DNA of 64,000 nucleotides, taken from assembly GCA_913043225.1 (NCBI GenBank), contig CAJWLU010000003.1:176665-240664 (forward strand), in the 5' to 3' direction. A model generated the notes under the pieces. The model did no database searches. It was given only the letters and a program-made list of their open reading frames with translations, and had not been told where the DNA came from. The position numbers were made by a program, and so were the translations under genes. The stretch is from an uncultured Acidobacteriota bacterium. Its GTDB lineage: Bacteria; Acidobacteriota; Vicinamibacteria; Vicinamibacterales; UBA8438. Positions within the stretch are counted from its first letter, which is position 1, and every line of letters begins with the position of its first letter. Of the stretch, positions 57,504-64,000 are shown one piece after another.

Positions 57504-59329
57504 GCGTTCACGCCGCCGCGTTTCGCCGATTCGCGACGCCGGGGCAGCGTCGCGAGCTCTTGCCCTACGCCCGCTTTGCCTTGCGGCAGCCGACCGTCGC
57601 GTTGTCTGCGGTCGTCGACGGAGTGCTGTTCAGCCGGCCCGGCGCCGGCCGGCCACCCGGCGCTCTGGTCTGGCCGCCCCCCCGGTACGCCGGGTCTGGC
57701 GCGCGGCTGTCGGGAGAGAACAGCCATCTGCCGGTGCAGACCTCAGCCGGGCACGCTCCCGTGGCGACGCTCCCCCTCGCCACGTGCGGGTGGGATTTGG
57801 TCGACGGGCCCCCGTGGCACGGTGTTTTCACCGATCCCGAGGACCAGTTCGCCGCCCATCGCTTTGGGTGGGTCTTGCCGGTGCTGGCCCGACACGGCCG
57901 GCTGGGGGCGGCGCCGCTCGCAGAGCTGGCTCTTCGGTGGCAACGCGAGCATCCTCCGGATCCAGACGCGTCCGGATGGGACAGCTATTCGGTGGCTGAG
58001 CGGGTGGTCCACTGGTGCTATCTGCTCGCGGCGACCGCCGACGGGCCGACCGAGACCGCCTTGGTCGACGGGATTCGGAAGCACGCACTCTTTTTGCGAG
58101 ATCGGCTCGAGTTCCGGGGCGAAGCGACCAACAACCACCTCATCAATGACGGCCGGGCGCTCTATCACGCCGGTGTTGTGTCCGATGAGCTCGCGCTCCG
58201 CAGTCTCGGGCGGCATCTGGTCGACTACGGGGCCGCGCACATGTTCGTGGCCGGGTTTCTCCGGGAGGGTTCGAGTCACTATCACTTGTTGCTGTGTCGC
58301 ACGTTCGTTGAGCTCTGGATGCTGGCCCGGGCGGTGGGAGATGCGGAGTGGGCCGAGGTGTTGCGCGGGGAGGTCAGTTTGATGACCGGGGCTGCAAGGT
58401 TCTTCGACATCCAAGGGGAACCGCGCCTCTTTGGCGATCTGTCGCCGGACTTCGAGCCCGCGTTCCTGTCAGGGCTTGCCCGGGGCGGACGCTCGGAGCC
58501 GTCGTCGGGCGAAGAGGCTGAGCCGCAGTGGGACGGACTCCTGGGCGGTTCGACGGACGCTCTCGGAGCGGAAGTTGCCAGCCCGTCACAAGCCGCGGAG
58601 GCAGGCTACTACCGCGCGAGTGGGGGCGACTGGGAGTGCGCCGCCTTTGTCAATCCGGAGGGTCACGTGCCGACGTGGTCGCACGCGCACGCCGATCTCG
58701 GGAGCTTTGTGCTCGACTGGCGCAATATGCCACTTCTCGTCGACGGCGGGCGTGCGACATATCGGCCCTCGCCGCTGGGTGACTACGGACGCAGTGTGCG
58801 CAGTCACAACGCGCTGTCTATCGACGGCCATGAGCCCTGTGTGACGCATGGTCTCAATGGCATCGTGCCCCTCTTGGGGCGCGCCTACTACCACCGGCCG
58901 CCGCAGGTAGAGCTCGACGTGTCCGAGGGGCGTGCCCGGTTGCGCCTGGCCCACGATGGATTCGGACGACTCGGTGACGGGGTGTCACATGCCCGCGACG
59001 TGTTCCTCGACGGCGAGCGATGCCGGGTCACCGATTCGATCGGTGGTCGGGGTCATCGGACGATCGAGACCTTCTTTCACTTTCACCCAGCGGTCGCGGT
59101 CTCACTCGATGAGCCGACGGTGGCGTCGTGCCAGCTGCCCGACGGCGGGCGGCTTCGGATGAGCCTGCCTGGGGCGGCCGTGTGTCGGTTGGCGAGGGGG
59201 CAGGAAGAGCCGCAGCTGGCGGGATGGTACGCCGGGCGCTACGGCGAAACGACGCCCTGCTGGACCCTGATCTGTAAGGCCCGTATGCCGTTGCCGACCG
59301 AGCAGCGCTACGAGCTCGCGCCGGTCTAA
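57476..59329 (+). CDS. Heparinase II/III-family protein (start uncertain)
   Basis: NNHLI, E.SSHYH, HAHADLGSF, LVDGG, HNALSIDG, FHFHP. Confidence 0.82.
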   Translation: MGQDVGVPLSVHAAAFRRFATPGQRRELLPYARFALRQPTVALSAVVDGVLFSRPGAGRPPGALVWPPPRYAGSGARLSGENSHLPVQTSAGHAPVATLPLATCGWDLVDGPPWHGVFTDPEDQFAAHRFGWVLPVLARHGRLGAAPLAELALRWQREHPPDPDASGWDSYSVAERVVHWCYLLAATADGPTETALVDGIRKHALFLRDRLEFRGEATNNHLINDGRALYHAGVVSDELALRSLGRHLVDYGAAHMFVAGFLREGSSHYHLLLCRTFVELWMLARAVGDAEWAEVLRGEVSLMTGAARFFDIQGEPRLFGDLSPDFEPAFLSGLARGGRSEPSSGEEAEPQWDGLLGGSTDALGAEVASPSQAAEAGYYRASGGDWECAAFVNPEGHVPTWSHAHADLGSFVLDWRNMPLLVDGGRATYRPSPLGDYGRSVRSHNALSIDGHEPCVTHGLNGIVPLLGRAYYHRPPQVELDVSEGRARLRLAHDGFGRLGDGVSHARDVFLDGERCRVTDSIGGRGHRTIETFFHFHPAVAVSLDEPTVASCQLPDGGRLRMSLPGAAVCRLARGQEEPQLAGWYAGRYGETTPCWTLICKARMPLPTEQRYELAPV

Positions 59330-59335
59330 CCTACT

Positions 59336-61243
59336 GTGTGTGGAATCTCCGGCGTGGTGTCCGAGGCGCTCGACCCGGTGGAGCGGCGAGCCGCGGTGGG
59401 GCGGATGTGCGACGCGATGGTGCATCGGGGGCCGGATGATGGCGGAGTCGCGGATTTTCCTGGCGCCACGCTGGGGATGCGACGCCTCTCGATCATCGAC
59501 TTGAGCGCCCGCGGTCACCAGCCGATGCCGAACGAGGACGAAACCGTCTGGCTCGTGTTCAACGGCGAGGCGTACAACTACCAGTCCCTGCGCCAGCAGG
59601 CGACCAAGGCGGGACACCGTTTCCGCTCCGAGACCGATAGCGAAACCGTGGTGCATCTGTACGAGGACCACGGCGAGGAATGCCTCACCCGCCTACGGGG
59701 GATGTTCGGGCTCGCCATCTGGGATACCCGCACCCGTGAGGCACTGCTGGCCCGAGACCGGCTCGGGATCAAGCCGCTCTATTACGCCACTCTGCCAGAC
59801 GGCGTGGTGTTCGCTTCGGAGCTGCGCGCCCTGCTCGCGTCGCGGCTGGTCGACGCCGAGCTCGATCCAGCGGCCCTCGATCAGTACCTGTCGTTCGGCT
59901 ACGTTCCCCCTCCCCGCACGATCCTGCGGGGTGTCCGTGCCCTGCTGCCGGGACACTTGGCCCGGGTGGCCGATGGGCGGATCTCGACCCGCCGGTGGTG
60001 GGCGCTCCCGCCCCCCGGCCGGACCAGATGTTCCCCCGTCGAGCGTCCGAGCCAGCTTCGGGCGCTGCTCGAGGAGAGCATCCGGCTCCATCGACTCAGC
60101 GACGTGCCGGTAGGCGCGTTCCTCAGCGGCGGCGTCGATTCCGCATCGGTCGTCGCGCTGATGCGCCGGACGGCGGGTAATGAGGTTCGGACCTTCTCGG
60201 TCGGGTTTGGTGATGGTCCGGCGCGGCTGAACGAGCTCGCCGCAGCTCGCGAGACGGCCGACGCCCTGGGGACCGACCACACCGAGGTCGTGTTGAGCGC
60301 AGCCGACGTGGGGGGATGCCTTGATCATGCGGTGGCGAGTCTTGACCAGCCGAGCTTCGACGGTTTGAACACCTACATCGTCTCGAAGGCGACCCGCGAT
60401 CGCGGAGTGACGGTCGCGCTGTCTGGCCTCGGCGGTGACGAGCTGTTTGGCGGCTACGACACCTACCGGGTCATCCCCCGCTGGCACCGCGCGGTCCGCT
60501 GGTGGGGGAGTGCTCCGTCGGCGGCACGCCGGAGCATCGGGCGGCTACTCGACCGTCATTTCGGCGGCCGAGTCGGAGACGATCGGGCACGGAAGCTGCG
60601 GCGGCTGCCGGACGTCGGCTCGCTCCATGGACTCTATGCGCTGGCGCGCTTGACGGCCTGGCCCTCGGAGGCTCGTGCCCTCTATACCGACGAGACGGCG
60701 GCCGAGGTTGCTGCGGCGGGCGCGCCAGGGCCGCTCGCCGTTCTGGAGGAAGTAACCGAGGGAGCTTCCGGCCCCTGGCGTTCGGTTAGCGAGTTGGAGC
60801 TGACCACTTTCATGTCCTGGCGGCTGTTGCGGGATACCGACACGATGAGCATGGCGCACTCGCTTGAGGTGCGCGTGCCTCTCATCGATCACGAGGTCGT
60901 CGAGTTCACCTGCGGGCTGCCGGAGGGGTGGGAGGCACAGCACGGCCATCCCAAGCGGCTGCTGACCGAGAGTGTCAGCGACCTGTTGCCTGACGGGGTT
61001 GTTGGTCGCCCGAAGCAGGGTTTCGCGTTTCCACTCGAGCACTGGATGCGGCATGAGCTGCGCGCTGCGGTCGAGGAGACGCTGGCTCCCGAGGTGATCC
61101 GGGCCCGCGGCCTCTTCGAGCCGCGTGCGGTGTCCGACCTGCTGAGGTCGTTCCAGGCGGGGCGGGAACCGTATCCTGCCGTCTGGCAGCTCGTGGTACT
61201 GGAGCGATGGATGCAGGGCGTCCTCGATGGCACGAGTGCCTGA
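59336..61243 (+). CDS. asnB: Asparagine synthase-family glutamine amidotransferase, probably amidating the polysaccharide
   Basis: N-terminal MCGI, HRGPD, FNGE.YN, RDRLGIKPLY, LSGGVDS, SGLGGDELFGGY, SLEVRVP. Confidence 0.9.
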   Translation: MCGISGVVSEALDPVERRAAVGRMCDAMVHRGPDDGGVADFPGATLGMRRLSIIDLSARGHQPMPNEDETVWLVFNGEAYNYQSLRQQATKAGHRFRSETDSETVVHLYEDHGEECLTRLRGMFGLAIWDTRTREALLARDRLGIKPLYYATLPDGVVFASELRALLASRLVDAELDPAALDQYLSFGYVPPPRTILRGVRALLPGHLARVADGRISTRRWWALPPPGRTRCSPVERPSQLRALLEESIRLHRLSDVPVGAFLSGGVDSASVVALMRRTAGNEVRTFSVGFGDGPARLNELAAARETADALGTDHTEVVLSAADVGGCLDHAVASLDQPSFDGLNTYIVSKATRDRGVTVALSGLGGDELFGGYDTYRVIPRWHRAVRWWGSAPSAARRSIGRLLDRHFGGRVGDDRARKLRRLPDVGSLHGLYALARLTAWPSEARALYTDETAAEVAAAGAPGPLAVLEEVTEGASGPWRSVSELELTTFMSWRLLRDTDTMSMAHSLEVRVPLIDHEVVEFTCGLPEGWEAQHGHPKRLLTESVSDLLPDGVVGRPKQGFAFPLEHWMRHELRAAVEETLAPEVIRARGLFEPRAVSDLLRSFQAGREPYPAVWQLVVLERWMQGVLDGTSA

Positions 61244-62090
61244 AGATCAGCTCCCGCGGGTGTCGGTGTTGACCACCGCTTTCAACGCCGAGCCGTTCAT
61301 CGTGGCCGCCGTGCGAAGCGTGCTCGACCAGCGTGGGATCGAGGTGGAGCACGTCGTGGTCGACGACGGGTCTGAGGATCGCACTGTGGAGATGGTTCGG
61401 GCGCTGGAGGATGCTCGGGTACGGATTGTCGAAGCGGGTCGGGTGGGGCGTGGTCGGGCGCTCAACCTTGCGCTTGAGACAGCGTCCCATGACTTCGTGG
61501 CCATCCTTGACGCCGATGATGTGGCACACCCCGATCGGCTTGCCATCGAAGTGCGGATGCTTGCCGCCAGGTCCGATCTGGCGGCCGTAGGCAGTGGACA
61601 GTTGTTGCTAGTCGAAGACGCCGAGCCGGTCTTTGATCCGATCACTGAGGTTCCTGAAGCCCGCGATGTGGGGGGGGAACTCTTGTACTACAATCCCTTG
61701 TCGCACTCTTCGGTGCTGTTTCGGCGTACGGCCCTGGAGCGTGTCGGGGGCTACGACGCGCGGCGTCACGCCCTGTACGACTGGGATCTCTACTTCCGCC
61801 TTGTGTCAATCGGGTATCAACTTGCTAAGATCCGTTCCCCGTTGGTGGGAAAGCGGACCCACGTACGCCAGTACTTCGAGGGACGGCGCATGGTCCGCTA
61901 TGCCCTTGAGTGTCTCCGCTTGCAGTGGGCCGCCGTCGGTCGTCTCCGACGAACCCGCCTTAACGCTCCATTACTGTTCGTCCTCTTCCTCTACCGACTG
62001 ATGCCGCGGTTCTTCCGGTTGGGCGTGCGTGGCGTCGTCGGGGGGCGTGCGCGTCGACGACCCCACGGGCCTGATCCCAGTCGGGCATGA
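61227..62090 (+). CDS. GT2 family glycosyltransferase
   Basis: VSVL...FN, VVDDGSED, ALN, LDADD, DWDL. Confidence 0.9.
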   Translation: MARVPEDQLPRVSVLTTAFNAEPFIVAAVRSVLDQRGIEVEHVVVDDGSEDRTVEMVRALEDARVRIVEAGRVGRGRALNLALETASHDFVAILDADDVAHPDRLAIEVRMLAARSDLAAVGSGQLLLVEDAEPVFDPITEVPEARDVGGELLYYNPLSHSSVLFRRTALERVGGYDARRHALYDWDLYFRLVSIGYQLAKIRSPLVGKRTHVRQYFEGRRMVRYALECLRLQWAAVGRLRRTRLNAPLLFVLFLYRLMPRFFRLGVRGVVGGRARRRPHGPDPSRA

Positions 62091-62109
62091 AGAGGGCGGC
62101 TGAGTACAG

Positions 62110-64000
62110 TTGTTGACCACTGTCTATTCCGTGTCATTCATTGGACTTTGCCTCCTGGTGGCCGGGATCAGTGTGTCTCGACCGCTGGTCGGGTTGACGT
62201 TCCTCGTGGCGGTGACCCCGTTCTATTCGATCTTGCGGGAGAGCTCGGCCGGGAGCCCAGTGTTCTTTCTCTGGCCGTACCTGTTGACCGGCGTGCTGCT
62301 GCTGGTGATCACGGGCCGTGAGCTGACCCGGGTCCTCGAGGAACGCGGAGTCGCCCGTCCTCGATGGTTTGTGGCGATGGCAACGATCGGGTTCATCGTC
62401 GGGGCGATCGTGACAGCGGAGATCTGGGTGGGCGCCGTCAGTCTGGTCCTGACCGACTCGGCGCTGTCGTCGACCAGGGAGTTGCTTGGCAACGGGCCAA
62501 TGGGTGTGGCGACGGTTGTTCTCACGGTCGGCGCCGCGCTCTTCTTCGGTCTCTTCCTCAGAGCTATGTACCAGCGTGAGGGGCGCCTGCTGCCGCTCGA
62601 TCTTGTCATGGTGGCGTTCATAGGCTGGGGGGTCCTCCAGATCCTTAATACCTATGACCGTACTGGTTTGCTGTTCACCGGATTAAATGGCTTCCGCTAC
62701 TACTATTTCGCGGCGATGGTCTATTTCCCGGCTCGCTACCTGCTGCGAGCCGAGGGCGATCGGAAGCGATTGATCACAGTGCTCGGTGTTGTGGCGCTGG
62801 TGGCTGGATTCGAGCTCTACGGCGAGAACCTCCTGCTGAATGCTGTGGCCGGCGAGCCGTCGAGCCTGCCGTGGGCCAATGGGTATCTGTCGTCGGAATT
62901 CGGCTACACGCCGGACACCCAGCGGACTTTCTTCGAGGGGCGCTATATTCCGCTCGGGTTCATGTACCAGACGCACATGAGCGGGTTGTTCGTGGCGCTC
63001 GGCTTCGGCCTCTGGTTGCCGCTTACGCTGAGTGCCCGTAGTCGCCCGATGCTCGTCGGCGCCGCATTCGCGCTCTTGTTCCTGATGATCAACAGCATCT
63101 GGACATCCAGGACGGTGCTGCTGCTGGTCGGGGCGGCGTCGCTGCTTGCCGTGGCGTTCGGTCGCGCCGGCTGGCGTCGCTCCGTCGCGCTGCTGGTGGC
63201 CCTGGCCGTGGCCGCGCCGGTGGTGTCGTCTTTCCTGATTCCAGGGGTTCGGTACGACCTTCAAGGAGATCTGGGGTTTCTCGGTGGTCGGGCGCTGCCC
63301 GGCCTCGCGCGAGCCATTGGAATGGACCTCGAGCAGGTCATCGGCTGGAACCCGATGCCGACCGCCAGTCGTGTCACTGGCTACGTCCCGGAATGGCGCC
63401 GTCCGCCCGACGGTTGGCAAGTGGTGACAGGTTTCGTCCGTTCAGACGCCGACACCCAGCTCCGTGAGCATCCGACCAGCGTGGCGCTGTTCCCGTCCGA
63501 GGGCGGCCAAGGTGTCGAACTGCGTTTCACGTTGTCCGATCCGCAACCTTTGGCCGGCCAGGTCGTGTTGGCGGAAGCCTGGGTGTGGGCCGAAGAGCAG
63601 GAGCAGGTTCGAGTCCAGATTCACGACGGCACGCAAGGTTGGCTATCCGACTTTCATCGAGGACCACGGCGAGGACGCGGGTCCTGGGAGCGCGTCGCCG
63701 TCGAGGCCGAGGTGGCGCCCGGGCTGGCGGAGTTGGTGGTGGATATCGACGCCAGAGGCGATTTACCGGTCTATGTCGATTCGGTTCGCCTCTCGATCGC
63801 TGATGCGGGGGTTGTACTCCTGGGTGGAAGGCCCGATGTGACGCGGACGGGGGTGATGGCAGGTCTTGGAGTGTCCGCGACGCCCTCGATCTTCGTTGCG
63901 CTTGAAGCATCCGCGTCGCCAGACACTCCGCCCGACGGCTGGCAGGTGGTGACAGGTTTCGTCCGTTCAGACGCCGACACCCAGCTCCGTGAGCATCCGA
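62110..64000 (+). CDS. Large polytopic membrane protein (Wzy/O-antigen-ligase-like) with repeated soluble domains; runs off the window
   Basis: Manual translation from TTG 62110 (LLTTVYSVSFIGLCLLVAG...) is open to 64000, with many TM helices followed by a beta-rich domain; absent from the ORF track because there is no stop in the window. Confidence 0.7.
   Translation, partial: MLTTVYSVSFIGLCLLVAGISVSRPLVGLTFLVAVTPFYSILRESSAGSPVFFLWPYLLTGVLLLVITGRELTRVLEERGVARPRWFVAMATIGFIVGAIVTAEIWVGAVSLVLTDSALSSTRELLGNGPMGVATVVLTVGAALFFGLFLRAMYQREGRLLPLDLVMVAFIGWGVLQILNTYDRTGLLFTGLNGFRYYYFAAMVYFPARYLLRAEGDRKRLITVLGVVALVAGFELYGENLLLNAVAGEPSSLPWANGYLSSEFGYTPDTQRTFFEGRYIPLGFMYQTHMSGLFVALGFGLWLPLTLSARSRPMLVGAAFALLFLMINSIWTSRTVLLLVGAASLLAVAFGRAGWRRSVALLVALAVAAPVVSSFLIPGVRYDLQGDLGFLGGRALPGLARAIGMDLEQVIGWNPMPTASRVTGYVPEWRRPPDGWQVVTGFVRSDADTQLREHPTSVALFPSEGGQGVELRFTLSDPQPLAGQVVLAEAWVWAEEQEQVRVQIHDGTQGWLSDFHRGPRRGRGSWERVAVEAEVAPGLAELVVDIDARGDLPVYVDSVRLSIADAGVVLLGGRPDVTRTGVMAGLGVSATPSIFVALEASASPDTPPDGWQVVTGFVRSDADTQLREHP
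63402..64000 (+). repeat. Intragenic direct repeat, 525-bp period
   Basis: 63402-63475 matches 63927-64000 (74 bp visible, 2 synonymous mismatches); encodes PPDGWQVVTGFVRSDADTQLREHP. Confidence 0.95.

Overview
GC-rich diderm bacterial chromosome segment; gene order and protein style suggest Acidobacteriota (inference only). Four blocks. (1) 1-10.4 kb, accessory catabolic and regulatory genes: a CoA-transferase/MaoC/PrpD/CitE cluster, an atypical HemN-like radical SAM enzyme, an M1 peptidase and a MarR operon. (2) 10.6-20.8 kb, a metal-starvation island abutting the 3' end of tRNA-Leu(GAG) with three perfect Fur-family palindromes. They sit at the promoters of a chelatase-like protein/beta-propeller/TonB heme-type receptor operon, a DUF4920-like protein plus JmjC hydroxylase, flavodoxin plus an S4 paralog lacking the metal-binding cysteines, and a 68-aa Tat/lipobox peptide ending in Asp-Ser repeats. 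(3) 21-39.7 kb, core genes: secG, tpiA, pgk, gap, the lipid A/LPS inner-core operon, tRNA-Val, tRNA-Asp, holB, ricT, pdxA, smpB, rfbD, carbonic anhydrase. (4) 39.8-64 kb, a large surface-polysaccharide locus with amidotransferase, amidase and phosphoramidate-like tailoring genes. The best candidates for undescribed biology are a putative ribosomally made, Asp-hydroxylated lipopeptide metallophore and a putative iron-sparing swap of ribosomal protein S4. All family calls come from motif recognition by eye; no searches were run.
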